A stretch of 64,000 bases of DNA from Octopus bimaculoides (lineage: Eukaryota), in contig NC_068995.1 in assembly GCF_001194135.2 (NCBI RefSeq), positions 15,346,916 through 15,410,915 of the forward strand. Reading direction: 5' to 3'. Of this stretch, positions 1 through 12,769 are shown in pieces. A program made the translations under genes and the position numbers. The notes under the pieces were generated by a model. It saw nothing but the letters and a program-made list of their open reading frames with translations. It did no database searches and was not told the origin of the DNA. Position 1 is the stretch's first letter. Each line of letters starts with the position of its first letter.

Positions 1-325
1 CACACACATACACACACACACACACATACACACACATGTACGCATATGTAGGTGTATATTTGTGTACAAACAAACATACTTCATTAGTACATTGTTTACT
101 CCATGTTCTTTCAGACGTAAAATAAGGTAACAACAATTAACTCGTACAAAGTATATTAGATTACGTTAGATTTGAAACGCAACGTTGAAATGAAAACAGT
201 TTAACGACCGCACGGTTCATAATAGATCGTTGTAAAATATAAAATTACTGAATGCTATTTCGTTACTGTCACTTGGCACCTTAATAATAATAGCAACAAC
301 AATAATATTATTGTGATGATGATAA

Positions 326-1005
326 TAATAATAACGAGAAGGCTTTATGAAATATCAACAGAAAATGGAGAGATATATACAGGAACCAGAAAATTTCTCT
401 CAAAATGATTAATTTGGTATATGTTTAGCTGCACATATACGGTAATGAAGGCTTATCTATCGGATATTGTTGTCAAAGACTATAAAGAAAAAAAAAAGAC
501 GTGCCTTCTAGTCGAAGCATCCATCCCATGAGACAATATAGAAATATTAAGATCTGGAAATAGAGATAATCAGAATGTGGGGATTAAAAGCATAAACAAT
601 CCCTGAAATAATAGGTGTTTTGGGATTGATTAAACTATATGCACCCCCCCCCCACACACACATACAGAGCCAAAACTTCTCTTACAACATACAGAAAATA
701 GCTTTGGCATTATTAAGCACTGCACATAAATTGCGTAGAATATTATTAATGCAATAGAAATCATGAAACCAAACAAGACCCAGTCAAACATCATGTGTGC
801 CTAAGGATCGCAGAAATGCACTCAGTAGTACAGTGAATGCACGCAGTACAAGTAAGATTATTGGAGGTAACGCCATGGTAAAAGCCTTGTATTGTGTCTT
901 GGGAATGATTAAGACGTATAAAAACAAAACATTGAACGTATCAAAGATCCTCGGAGCTGTACACGATTATTTAGTGAAAACATGCAATGGTAATAATAAT
1001 AATAA
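326..1005 (+). mobile_element. R4/Dong-like non-LTR retrotransposon 3' fragment (RLE endonuclease region, ORF end, 3'UTR, (AAT)n tail), decayed
   Basis: Frameshifted translation SDIVVKDYKEKK/TCLLVEASIP*...KY*DLEIEIIRMWGLKA*TIPEIIGVLGLIK, then NIQKIALALLSTAHKLRRILL* (~687-757). This matches the PD..D/E..K restriction-like endonuclease and C-terminus of R4-clade ORFs. Flanked by (AAT)n on both sides. Confidence 0.75.
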
Positions 1006-1007
1006 TA

Positions 1008-1146
1008 TACAGTAACCGTAAGAGCATCACAGCAAACCACAGCACATACCCAAGGCACACAGAGCTGCGCTCGGTAGTGAAGTGAAAGCACGTTATAAAA
1101 ATAAAACTACTGAATAATAGTAATAATAATGATAATAATAATAATC

Positions 1147-1177
<31 letters not shown>

Positions 1178-1232
1178 TGATAATAATAATAAGAAGAAAA
1201 ATAAGAATAAGAATAACAATAATAATAATAAA
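1008..1232 (+). mobile_element. Second R4/Dong-like 3' end with long (AAT)n tail
   Basis: 1020-1115 is nearly identical to the reverse complement of 56925-57020 and shares the ccYaagg...gcRctcRgtagt motif with the 3'UTR at ~800-840. Ends in (AAT)n. Confidence 0.55.
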
Positions 1233-1239
1233 TTCTGGT

Positions 1240-1605
1240 TAATGGTTTCAAATTTTGCCATAAGGGAAGCAATTTTAGATGAGTCGATTTCACAGACTTC
1301 AGTGTTCAACTGGTACTTATTTTATCGACCCCGAAAGGATAAAAGGTAAAGTCGACCTCGGCGGAATTTGAACTCAGAATGTAAAGACAGACGAAATGTC
1401 GCTAAGCATTTTGCCCGGTGGGCTATCGATTCTGCCAGCTCACCGCCTTAAATAATAATAATGATTTCAAATTTTGGTACAAGGCCTGTAATTTCGGGGG
1501 TAAGCCGATGAAATCGGCCCCAGTGCTCAACTGGCATTTATTTTGTCGACTCCGAAAGGATGAAAGGCAAAGTTGACCTCGGCGGAATTTGAACTCAGAA
1601 CGGGA
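1240..1605 (-). mobile_element. Two tandem tRNA-derived SINE copies (family M, MetaSINE-like central domain)
   Basis: Reverse complements of the family-M copy at 17204-17435: head ggcggtgagctggcaga, B-box gagttcaaattcc, central gcctttcatcctttcggggtcgataaa..agtaccag. Confidence 0.75.
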
Positions 1606-1649
1606 AGTATTTTATAGAGGCAGTACGTTAATAAATCAAACAGAGTTAA

Positions 1650-1915
1650 CTGCATAAGCCAAGGTAATAGGAATCAACACTATAACTCTTCTAGTAATAT
1701 GTTATATTATTTTCATCTGTACACTAAAGATATTAACAAGACTTGACAGAGAAGCAAGAGAAATAATTACTGCTTATTAGAATTCTCTACTCGTTATCTA
1801 ACAGAGAAAGATTAAATTTTTCACGAGTATAGACAGGTAGGGGCCTTATGCAATTGGAAAATTACAAAATATCCTCTGTAGAACTACAAAAATATCTAGT
1901 AATGTAAAATAGTAA
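1650..1915 (+). mobile_element. R4/Dong-like RT thumb-region fragment, decayed
   Basis: Broken translation KVIGINT...DINRLDREAR...TER..F.R..TGRGLMQLENYK...ELQKYL resembles the R4-clade AINT...LDRKTRK...ERLYLPR..GGRGL.QLE region. Confidence 0.55.
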
Positions 1916-1925
1916 ATTAAGTTGT

Positions 1926-2150
1926 GTAGGCGCATGGCTTAGTGGTTAGGGTGTTGTGGTTTCGATTTCTGAACTGGGCGATGCGTTGTTCTTGAGCCAA
2001 ACGCTTCATATCACTGTGCTCCAGGCCACTCAACTGGTAAAAATGAGTAAGCCTGCGACGGACCGGCGTTTTGTCCAGGGAGGAAAATATAAGCCTCAGT
2101 AAAAACCAAGAAATCAGCTTTACGTTCCTTACGGAGTAATGTAGGCAAAA
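1926..2150 (+). mobile_element. tRNA-derived CORE-type SINE
   Basis: Head ggcgcatggcttagtggttagggtg..gtttcgatt, CORE-like ttcttgagccaaacgcttcatatcactgtgctccag..cactcaactg, then cctgcgacggaccggcgttttgtccaggg. Confidence 0.65.
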
Positions 2151-2321
2151 AAATAAAGGAAAACAAAAAGTTACAAAATAAGCAAAAAGAAAAACCTGTT
2201 TTCTGCTTTCAAGGAAGCCAGCAAATACAGAAAAGAGAGGCTGGTAGGCTTAATAGTTTTGAGAATAAAGGGAAGACAACAATAGCAATTCTTTTCTACT
2301 CTAGACACAAGGCTCAAAACT

Positions 2322-2450
2322 TTTAATCGACCCCGAAATGATAAAAGGCAAAGTCGACATCGGCGGAATTTGATCTCAGAACGTAGCGGCAGACGAAATA
2401 CCGTTAAGCATTTCGCCCGGCGTGCTAACGTTTCTGCCAGCTCGCCGCCT
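2322..2450 (-). mobile_element. Family-M SINE, 5' part
   Basis: Near-exact reverse complement of 17204-17330. Confidence 0.8.
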
Positions 2451-2559
2451 TCGTAGAACGAATAATTGAATCTGAAGGATTCTTGCTTGCGACACAGACC
2501 CAGAGAAACCACCAAGAACATGTAATGAAGCAGAGTACATTAACGTAACTGCAGAGTAT

Positions 2560-5300
2560 ACGATGCCGCCAGTTGCCCAAGCTCGGCAAGAAAGAGTGTA
2601 TATTTACAAGAATGACATCGTTTTCGAATAGGTTGGTGAAACAATTCTTCGTTCTAAAATATCAACTTCAACTCTTATTTTTCAATGACTTATGCGGTCT
2701 TTCAACAAAAGAAACAATAGCCCTCTTATTAAAAATTCCTTTAAATATGCCAGATAAAATATTATCATCCAAACCAATATTATTAATAAATACCAATCCT
2801 GGTAACGCACCAACATGTAGTATTTGAAATTCCTTCGTAAATCATGTCATTTGCAAGGTCTCATTTGTTTCTTATCCCATGGTGGCTTTAGCGCTGCTAA
2901 ACATTGACTTGGCGATATGCCCTTCTTTGTCGGTCTATTTCTGCGAAAATGATAATTCGCCAGTTCCTAAATAAGATTTAACTCGGTTGATCACAATTTT
3001 TGTCAATTCTAACATATTTATATTTTCTACTATGACATGTCGACTTTTGACAGTTTTAGCATTAATGCCCGCATCATTTTGATAAAAAATCTTTATCAAT
3101 GACATTTCGAAGAATACGTTCTATTACACTCTGAAATAATGTTTGGTTATTTTAATTCCATATGAAAGATATATATTTTAAAACAGTAACAACGACAACA
3201 AAATATTGGTGTATTTATCGTATTAACTTCTTATGCTTCAGAACATAATTTCTATCTGATATATTCCTTTTAAATCCAATTTAGCAAAATAATTCACACC
3301 AGAATGCGAATAACATATCGATTCAGTATTTGGAATTGGATAAAAATCTAAACAAATTCTTTCATGTCCATCTACTTTAGAGTTTTCACATATTCTGAGA
3401 TTTCCATCTAGCTTTGGCACAGCCACTAAAAGAGAGACCCATTTACTTCCCTCCGGGAAGAGATTCGTTTCAAAGGCCTTCATTACTTTATTTGCATTTT
3501 ATTTTTGCAGCTTCTTTGTGACTAATAGTTTAATGTGTATTGGTAATAGTATCGCCTCAAAATAGCATGACCTGATATTTCCTTTCAGAAGAATGTTAGC
3601 CTTAAAACCTCTCAATGTCCCAATTGCCCTGAATCTTATACCTCATGCATTTATGTTGAACTATGAACATTCGACACGTTTATACCAGGCAAGCCAACAT
3701 TTTTCTTTTTACATTCAGTAACAATGACATCCACAAAACAAATTCTATGCTTTTATCATTTTCCATTAATGCATCAAACTTCCCCCAAATTCCAAAGAGT
3801 GATCCATAAAATAGTTTCGCTTTGATGTTACACTTTCTTAATTTTGGTTTGTTCAAATCAGTCCCAAACTTCCGTTATGGTTACTTTGATTGTCAATATC
3901 ATCTTGCCTCTTAATGTTAACATTGCTGAGTTTTACTTTGATCTTTGCGGTATGTTTTAAACAAATTTCATAAATATTTGCAGAATCTTCATTATCATTT
4001 TTTTCCCGTTTCCTAAGGCGGTGAACTGGCAGAATCATTAGCCCATCGGACGAAATGTCGCTCGGCATTTCTTTCGGGAAGTTACGTTCTGAGTTCAAAT
4101 TACGTCAACTTTGCTTTTCATCCTTTCGAAGGTTGATAAAATAAGTACCAGTTGAATTCTGGAGTCGATGTAATCGACTTACCCCCCCACCAAAAACATG
4201 TTTGAAAATTACAAAGAATTTTTTTCAGTTTTCTTTCGTAGATTTAGATGCTTCCTGAAAGTAACTCTTATTTTTCACCTTAAAACATTTTACCAGATGC
4301 AGAACATTTCGACGGGGCTATCTTATATCCACAAAACAACATTCATAACCATATTTATACACGTGTTTAACAACGCATTACACAAAAGCATCACCAAAAT
4401 CCTCATTTCTTTTGTTTTTTTTTTTGTTTATTCTCAGTTATCTATAAATTAAAAAAATCGTTTCAATCTTTTGAATGACCTCAATGAATGCATTAAACTT
4501 CGGATATCACCCGACCGAGGATACTTTTAATATCTTTATACAATGCTAAGACGACTGCAACACACCGGCTATAAATCTCATTTGAATTATCTCGTTTTCT
4601 GCACTCTGCCCTTGTGTTTCAATCAATTCTTTTTCTTAAATTCACAAAAACGAGCTGACTTACGCAATTTATGAGAACAATTGATTGAATCGATTCCGTT
4701 AGATTTTGATGCTGTGATTAGAATCTGACCCTTTCATCAATTATCAATTTCTTTCAGAGACGAACCAATGACATTATCGCAAATCTTGCATTGCTAAAAT
4801 GAATTTCCTCAAGTTCCAAAGGTTTCTCCATTACGCAAACTTTTCATTGATAAAAACAAATCTGTTTAGCGTTCAGAAGCTTTCTCCGTTCGTATATCAG
4901 CAAAAACATCGCAACTTGTGTCATATCTGGATTGAAGTTCATTATTATTGATTGGCAATACCATTATCATATCGAATAGTGTTTATCCATGCAAGACCGC
5001 AGTCGCACGCGTTCATTTTACGTTGGTAAACTTTGTTCAACAGAATTAGTTAACCTCTGACATTGAAATGGCAGCTATTGTAACAAGTCATTAACAGCAT
5101 GTAAGAAGTACGTGCGATGTCACTGATATTAGCGTAACAATGACAACACACAGGCAATACATAACCCAAGCCTCAGGGCTTATAAATATGCACAAATTAC
5201 AGTAAATAACACTACAAGGTACTACACTCGGTCAACATAAACTATGAAACAAAACAAACCGCTATATGTACCCAAGGTTCATATAACTGTACTCAGTAAT
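2560..5300 (-). mobile_element. Ty3/Gypsy LTR retrotransposon remnant (gag, protease-linker, RT, possible integrase), many stops and frameshifts
   Basis: Minus-strand motifs in the expected order: gag HKLRKSARFCEF...QMRFIAGV (~4550-4700); LGTLRGFKANILLKGNI linker (~3590-3640); RT KWVSLLVAVPKLDGNLRICE...YPIPNTE...YFAKLDLKGIYQIEI (ORF 3238-3483); SYGIKNNQTLFQSVIERIL (~3110-3170); weak integrase-like ALPGLVFINNIG (~2780-2810). Possible LTR ~5080-5300; ends uncertain. Confidence 0.75.
4014..4190 (+). mobile_element. Family-M SINE inserted in the Gypsy remnant
   Basis: aaggcggtgaactggcagaatcattagc...gagttcaaatt...cttttcatcctttcgaaggttgataaaataagtaccag. Confidence 0.75.
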
Positions 5301-6008
5301 ACGGTGAAAGTACACAGTACCTTCTGTTTTAGGCAAAAGGCCGACAGGCAAGTCGATACCATCGACTCAAGTGGCACTTTATTTTATCGAACCTGAAAGG
5401 AGAGGAAAGTTGATTTCGCAGGATTTGAACGTAAAGAGTTTAGAGAACAAATACTACAAAACATTTTTTCGACGCGTTAACGGTTCTGCCAGCTTGTCGC
5501 CTGACGTGTTATTCTGCCTCAAGCCTAAGTGAAGGCTCCACGTGGTAATTCAACTTGCTAGAAATAGTAGTAATATCCACTTCATACCAAACAATAAGTC
5601 TCAGAAATGAGAAAAAGACATTAAACACTGTGTAGTACAATATTACACCATGTCAATAAAAAAGCGTTTTTGATCAAAGGTTTCTTCGGTTAAGGTTGAC
5701 TTGGGATTTATTCCCCGCTAGTATATTATTGGTCGCCCCATTTGCTTGAAATAACAGCTAAATTTCTTTCAGATCACAGCTTACTGCAACGATTTCCATA
5801 CCAACAGGCCTTTTTATTATAATGAAATTTTTCATGGAGTTCAGGTTTTTGGAAGGCTTGACTACGAAACATGACGATTTCATTAACTAGCATCACACTC
5901 GTTTTCCCAGTTTCATCTCTTAATGGAAAGCCATATGTAAGGGAATAATTACATATAACTAATTAATAATAAATTTTAAACAGTATCCTTTAAAGTTGTA
6001 TACATATA

Positions 6009-6433
6009 GGCGCAGGCGTGGCTGCAAGATAAGAAACTTACTTCGCAACCACATGGTTTCATGTTCAGTCCCATTGCGTGGCACTTTGGGCAAGTGTCTT
6101 CTATAATAGCTTCGGACCTAATAAACCCATCCTTGCGAGGGAATTTGGTAGACGGAAACTGAAAGAAGCCCGTCGTATATATATGCATATGTATATTGTA
6201 TATATCTATGTGTGTGTCTTTGTGTCTGTGTTTGTCCCCCACCACTGCTTGACAACCGGTATTGGTGTGCTTACGCCCCAGTAACCTAGTGGTTCGGCAA
6301 AAGAGTGACCGATAGAATAAGTACCAGGCCTAAAATAAATAAGTCCTGGTGCTGATTTGTTCGGCTAAAATCCTTCTAGGCGGTACCCCAGCATGGCCGT
6401 AGTCATATGACTGAAATAAGTAAAACAAAAAAG
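6009..6433 (+). mobile_element. tRNA-derived SINE, family O (head, ggcaagtgtcttctactatagc, internal (TA/TG)n, tail ending tgactgaaacaagtaaaa)
   Basis: Head ggcgcaggcgtggctg..ggtaagaa, B-box-like gttcagtccc; same body recurs more than 12 times in the window. Confidence 0.8.
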
Positions 6434-6617
6434 ATATATAGTTTACGGTCCCCAGTATCCTTTTATGGATCTCCAGGGATCTTCTGGTCCGAAATGAGAA
6501 TCACTGCCCTACCATATTCTGTTTTCTTTGAGAGAAAGAAAAAAAGATCCCCATAAAACGAGCAAAGACGAATTAGTAAGGCATAGACATGGGAGTGGAG
6601 GGTGAAATATGCTTCGC

Positions 6618-7110
6618 AAATACGTGGTTTTGGTTTCAGTCCCAATGCGCTGCACCTTGGCACCTAATATAGCCCAGGCTGACCCATGCCATGTGACAGA
6701 ATTTGGTAGACGGAAATAACACGAAAGTTCATCATGTATGTATATGTGTGTATGTATGCGTGTGTGCGTGCGTGTACGTATGTGTGTGTGTGTGTTTGAG
6801 AGACAAAGACACAAAGAGAAAGTATATATTGTTATTGTTCTGGTTGTTGTTGTTCTTGTTGCTCTTGTTGACATTAGAAACTATGTATTTCTGTGTGCGT
6901 TAGTGTGTGTGTATGCGCGTGTATGTGTGTGTGTGTGTGTTTGTTTCTCGCCGCTTGAGAACCGGTGTTAGTTTGTTTACGTTGCGTATTCTGGCGGTTC
7001 AGTAAAATAGATCGTTAGATTAAGTACTATAGTTTAAAAAAAAAGCAAAAAAAAAGAAAAGAAAACAAAAGAAAAAAGCATTGAGATCCATTTGATCGAC
7101 TAAACTCGCT
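6618..7110 (+). mobile_element. Family-O SINE, more diverged
   Basis: ttcagtcccaatgcgctgcaccttgg...gaatttggtagacggaaa...cttgagaaccggtgttag...ggcggttcagtaaaa. Confidence 0.6.
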
Positions 7111-7208
7111 AACACAGTACTACAGCATGGCCACAATATAGCCACAATATAGTTTCTAATGTCAACAAGAACAAGAACATCAACAATACATATATTTTTG
7201 TGTCTTTA

Positions 7209-7261
<53 letters not shown>

Positions 7262-8789
7262 CCCACACCCACACACCCACACACCCACACCCACACACAC
7301 ACATGCGAGCGCACGCACACGCACACATCCTTTTACGAAGATACCGAAATTTGAAAACAATAAATAAAAGAATTGTATCCAAACCTGAGAGATAAAGAGA
7401 CTGGTAGTTAGGGACCTAGAAACTGAGAAGGAGATAGATAGATAGAGAGAGACAGAGAGAGAGAGAGGCAGAAGAGAGACGAAATTGATACGACTGCGCC
7501 AATCACGAAAATATCTTATCTCTTGTNNNNNNNNNNNNNNNNNNNNNNNNNNNNNNNNNNNNNNNNNNNNNNNNNNNNNNNNNNNNNNNNNNNNNNNNNN
7601 NNNNNNNNNNNNNNNNNNNNNNNNNNNNNNNNNNNNNNNNNNNNNNNNNNNNNNNNNNNNNNNNNNNNNNNNNNNNNNNNNNNNNNNNNNNNNNNNNNNN
7701 NNNNNNNNNNNNNNNNNNNNNNNNNNNNNNNNNNNNNNNNNNNNNNNNNNNNNNNNNNNNNNNNNNNNNNNNNNNNNNNNNNNNNNNNNNNNNNNNNNNN
7801 NNNNNNNNNNNNNNNNNNNNNNNNNNNNNNNNNNNNNNNNNNNNNNNNNNNNNNNNNNNNNNNNNNNNNNNNNNNNNNNNNNNNNNNNNNNNNNNNNNNN
7901 NNNNNNNNNNNNNNNNNNNNNNNNNNNNNNNNNNNNNNNNNNNNNNNNNNNNNNNNNNNNNNNNNNNNNNNNNNNNNNNNNNNNNNNNNNNNNNNNNNNN
8001 NNNNNNNNNNNNNNNNNNNNNNNNNNNNNNNNNNNNNNNNNNNNNNNNNNNNNNNNNNNNNNNNNNNNNNNNNNNNNNNNNNNNNNNNNNNNNNNNNNNN
8101 NNNNNNNNNNNNNNNNNNNNNNNNNNNNNNNNNNNNNNNNNNNNNNNNNNNNNNNNNNNAGAGAGAGAGAGAGAGAGAAGGGAGAGAGAGATGGGGAGGC
8201 AGGGGATGAAGAGAGAGAGAGTGAGAGAGAGAGAAGGGAGAGAGAGATGGGGAGGCAGGGGATGAAGAGAGAGATGGAGAGAGAGTAAGGTGGAGACAGA
8301 GCGGGAGAGATAAAAGCAGAGAGAGAGAGCAAGAGAGAGAGAGAGAAAGAGAGGGAGACATACGTGGTCGCTAGACTTGTTAGAAATAGCACCCAAATCT
8401 CTCTCAAACTATACTCTACCGTCTAAGAAAAGGATGTGTTCGATAACGTGGTCTCATTTTGAGCTCACCTGTGGTTAAACAACAACAACAACAACAACAA
8501 GAAAGACAATATCCAGAACTACACCAACTTTAATCTGATTAAAGGTATCTTCTGTAAGACATAATCATGAAATACGAATATGAAAATAGTGGAGGAGCCT
8601 CTATGTGATCGCTTCACTTGCTGGAAATATGAACCAAATTGCCCTCACACCACAGTTTTGCAATTTAAAAAATGCGAATGGCACATTGGATAGTGTACTC
8701 CAAGATACTCTTAAAAAAAGACGAGATAATTATGTTTGGAATTCTTTGGTCAGATGTCTGGTAAATCAAGATTGGCCTCGGGTATTCCA

Positions 8790-9260
8790 AAGAAGAAGAA
8801 GAAGAAGGAGGGTAGAGGGAAGAAAGAAGAAAGAAGAGGAAAAAGGGATGAGAAGAAGGGCAGGAGGGGGAGAGAAGAAGAAGGAGAAAAGGAGGGGGAG
8901 GAGAGAAAAAGGAGAAAAAGGAGCTGAGAAGGCGGAGGAGATGACGAAGAAAGAGGGTAGGAAGAAGAAAGAGAAGATGAAGAAGAAGGAGAGTAGAAGG
9001 AAAAAAGGAGAAAGAAGAGGGGAAAGGGATGAGAAGAAGGGCAGGAGGGGGACAGAAGAAGAAGAAGAAGGAGAAGGAGGAGGAGGAGAGAAAAAGGCGA
9101 AGGAGTGAGGAAGAAATAGGAGAAAAGAAGGAGGAGTAGAGAAAAAGGAGAAAAAGGAGCTGAGAAGGCGGAGGAGATGACAAAGAAAGAGGAGAGAGAA
9201 GAAGAAAGAGGAGAAGATGAAGAAGAAAGAGGAGGAGGAGAGGAGAAGAAGAGCAACAAC
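8790..9260. repeat. Purine-rich (GAA/GGA) low-complexity tract with internal duplications
   Basis: ggagaaaaaggagaaaaaggagctgagaaggcggaggagatgac occurs at ~8900 and ~9135. Overlapping ORFs are K/E/R or S/F/L runs only. Confidence 0.85.
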
Positions 9261-9952
9261 AACAACTACAAAAATAACAACGACAAGGAGGTTAATGATG
9301 ATGATGACGACAACGACGATGAAAATCTCTGAGAAATGTTAGGATTATCCATAGAATATTACAATGGTTTCCATGTGCCGGAAGAAATTTTTATCTTTTT
9401 TCTTAAATGAACGAGTTTCAATAAGCTAATGGTGTGCTGATGTTATCTCCATTGAAACCACGTTTAGAAAGATGGCTTTAATACGGTCTTTACACTTTAA
9501 CTATGGCTACCACGGTCATACCAGAGCAGCGCCATCTTAAGGCGAGAAACATAACATTCAAATACAATCAGACGATATCTTAGAATCTGTTAGCAATGAG
9601 CAAGGAATGGGTTTCACAGATTGAATGACATATTACTTACTGCCCTCTTTGCTTGACATTTCACGAAAGACTGTTTGCTATTGATTAAAAGCAATTATTT
9701 GCAATTGTTCTGCCAGCGAAATCGTAATTGTACTTAATGATAAATCTTTGCAATCACGATAGAAATATCTAGAATGTTTCTTTAAGGTTACATTACTTTG
9801 TCCAAGCAATGAGAGAGCTTATACGTGTACGCTAGAGCGGTTAGAAATAGCAATCAAACCTTCCATCAAATCACCATATTCTACCGTCTTAAAAGAAGGA
9901 AAAATATCACACTTTCAGTAATTTAGTCCCAGACACGATAAGTATCACGGTA

Positions 9953-10113
9953 CAGGCGTGGCTGTGTGGTAAGAAGTTTGGTTCCCAACCATACGGTTTC
10001 AGGCTCAGTCATACTGCATATCACCTTGTCTTCTACTATAGCCCCGGTTCGACCAAAGACTTATTAGTGGGTTTTGGTAAACGGAAACTGAAAGAAGACC
10101 TTCGTGTAATACA

Positions 10114-10152
<39 letters not shown>

Positions 10153-10350
10153 AATTGCGTCTGACACCTACCACTTGGCAACCGGTGATGTTTTGATTAC
10201 GTTCCTGTAACTTAGTGGCTCTGCATAAAAGACTGATAGAATAAGTTTGTGACGTAAGAAAAGTCCTGGGGTCGATTTGTTCGATTGCAACCGCTCAAGG
10301 CGGTGCTCCAGCATGACCATAGTCCAATGATTGACATTAGTAAAAGATAA
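9953..10350 (+). mobile_element. Family-O SINE
   Basis: caggcgtggctgtgtggtaagaag...cttctactatagc...(TG)n...ggcggtgctccagcatg...agtaaaagataaaaga. Confidence 0.8.
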
Positions 10351-11844
10351 AAGATCAAGTCTGCCCGAAAATACACCGGATGGCCCTGTGCTGGAATCGT
10401 CGGACAGTCATACAAAATGTCTCGTAATAATACATTTTAAAAAATCTCTTTACGCTCTGAGTTCAAATCTTCCCAACATCAACTTTACCTATAATCCTTT
10501 CGGTGTCGATAGAATATTGTATCAGCCAAATATTGAAGTCGATTTAATAGATAATTCCCGTGCCAGTTCCCCTACTCAAAGTCTGTCAACTCAATTAGCA
10601 TTGATAGCGACAGACAACAGTATTATTTTCCAGTTCAAATCCCACGTGGAACGTTTTTTTGCCGTTTGTTCCCCAGGGATGAATAAAATATAATGATTGA
10701 AGTCCAATCAATCAAATATGCTATTCTCTACAACATATACTGGATTTATAAGAATAAAAAGCAAAAAGCAAAAAAAATAAAAATAAAATATAGAATAAAA
10801 AGATATTTATAAATAGAAATGAATATGTATATTTTCTATTGGTTGTAACTATACGGATGCACAGAAGCGACACAAAAATGTAATTTCCTTTTTTGTTAAA
10901 CAGATGGGAGACAAGTCTTAAATTAACGAGCAAAAGATGGAGCATCTACGAGATTACGAGACATGCTAGAAATAGCAGCAAGACATCTTTGTAAATCATA
11001 CCCAATTATCTTGAAAAGAAGAACCTGCTAAGTAATGTAGTCCAAGACATCTGTTTGAAAATAAGCGGGACTGACACCGTTGCAATGTATTTACTTTTAC
11101 AATTTAGTCACTGAAGGAAGGGCCACACCCATGACCCTTTGTCTTCTTCCGTGTCACTAAGAATGAGGGAAAGAAAGGGGAAAATCGTCTTCAACCCGCA
11201 GACCTGATCAGAAGATTTGTCGTAGAGTAGATCCCACTAAAGGCATCCTCAAGGACTACGTGGAGGCGTTAAACCAGACGACAGATTAAGTCCACGGCCC
11301 AGAAGTCCAAAACGCAAAGGGCCGAAACAAACACAGCAAGATAGGTTATCTAAAACTCCTAATTAATCCACCTAATTAAACGCTTTGGGATGGTGATTTA
11401 TTTTAGTGAGTCTGAAAGGGGATAAAGTAAAGATGATCTTGGTAGGATTTGAACTCAGAATGCAGAGATCCAAAACAAACACCTCAAGATATTTTGTCCT
11501 TCGCTCAAACGATTTCCCTCAATCGATCTTAATGCAGTTACATACCTGGTTGTTTCTGTATTTTTAAACAACCCTGAAGGGAGATTTTGTCTACTAATTG
11601 CTTGGATGATTTCAGTTAATCGATGTATTTCAACTCAGTATATGTAACACATCCCGACTATGACTTCAAACTGCATCCGGCAGACAGATCCTGTTTCGGG
11701 AATTCCAGTGTCTCGAGGAATTTGGAACAACCTCTTTGCCACCATTGTTTCCTGGTCTGCTCTGACCAAAGTAGTAGCAACAGTAAAGGTCCTAGCTATG
11801 GATTAAATAGCATGTAATCATCAGAGCCGGATTACGTCGAAATC

Positions 11845-12065
11845 AATATATTAGCGACAGAGGCAGTATTGATACCAAGAGATAATATTAATCCCTATTT
11901 AAACGTGGGTGTTCTGTTGGAACAAACTATACTGTGGTAGATACCATGCGAGGAACTCTCATATAGCTTTTTTTGTGTGCAAAATGCATTCTTGTTATAT
12001 AAATTTCCGCCTTCTCCAGTGCCGAGATCAGCGCCGGGATCACGTGATCCAAGAAACCACGCGAT
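11845..12065 (-). repeat. Dispersed partial copy of the 16.4-17.5 kb hammerhead repeat
   Basis: Minus strand gcactggagaaggcggaaatttat...aacaagaatgcatttt...atatgagagttcctcgcatggtatctaccacagtatagtttgttc...aatactgcctctgtcgctaat aligns with 17081-17200 plus 17454-17515. Confidence 0.7.
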
Positions 12066-12080
12066 TTAGTGGATCACGTG

Positions 12081-12140
<60 letters not shown>

Positions 12141-12148
12141 GTGTGTGT

Positions 12149-12197
<49 letters not shown>

Positions 12198-12769
12198 TGT
12201 CTGTCTGTCTGTATCTATCTATCTATCCGCTTACCTACCTACCTACCTACCTACCTACCTATCTATCTATCTATCCATCTACCTATCTATCTATCTATCT
12301 ATCTGTGTGTCTGTGTGTCTGTGTGTCTGTGTGTCTGTCTGTCTGTCTGTCTGTCTGTTAGTGAGTGTGTGCATATTTCATCCTGGTTGTAAATCACAGT
12401 TTCGCACCAATGTAGGTGAAGTTATTCAAATTATCCACGGTGGCACATTCCTTCAAGTAAAAGCCCATAGACTTTGTGACCTCAATATTTACTCGTTTAG
12501 GCCATGGAAAAATAAATAAATAAAAAAAAAACAAAAAACAAAAACAAAACAAAATAGCTGCCCCCCCCTAACCCCTCTCCCTGCCAAACAAACAAACAAG
12601 CAATTATATACAAGAGGTGCTGTAATTGCCATCGGAAATTACTGATTAGAGAAATAATTAATGTATGTTGCATATATAAACTATTACAACATTTGGAAAA
12701 AATTAAACATGTTATACCAGAAATTAAGAAAATATAGGACTGAAATTTTATTTTAGGTTATCGTTTACT

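Noticed and set aside
7109-8407. Long ORFs crossing N gaps (also 17855-18973, 21032-22396, 56811-57980, 60049-60888 and others)
   Set aside because: Open only because of N runs and flanking microsatellites.
8605-9265. K/E/R-rich and S/F/L-rich ORFs of 167-172 aa
   Set aside because: Translations of a purine-rich simple repeat.
10331-10693. 120-aa ORF
   Set aside because: Overlaps a SINE tail and degraded family-M motifs; no recognisable domain.
12036-12083. Two TCACGTGA E-box/CLEAR-like sites as a promoter
   Set aside because: They lie in the dispersed hammerhead-repeat copy and are better explained as duplicated palindromic stem III.
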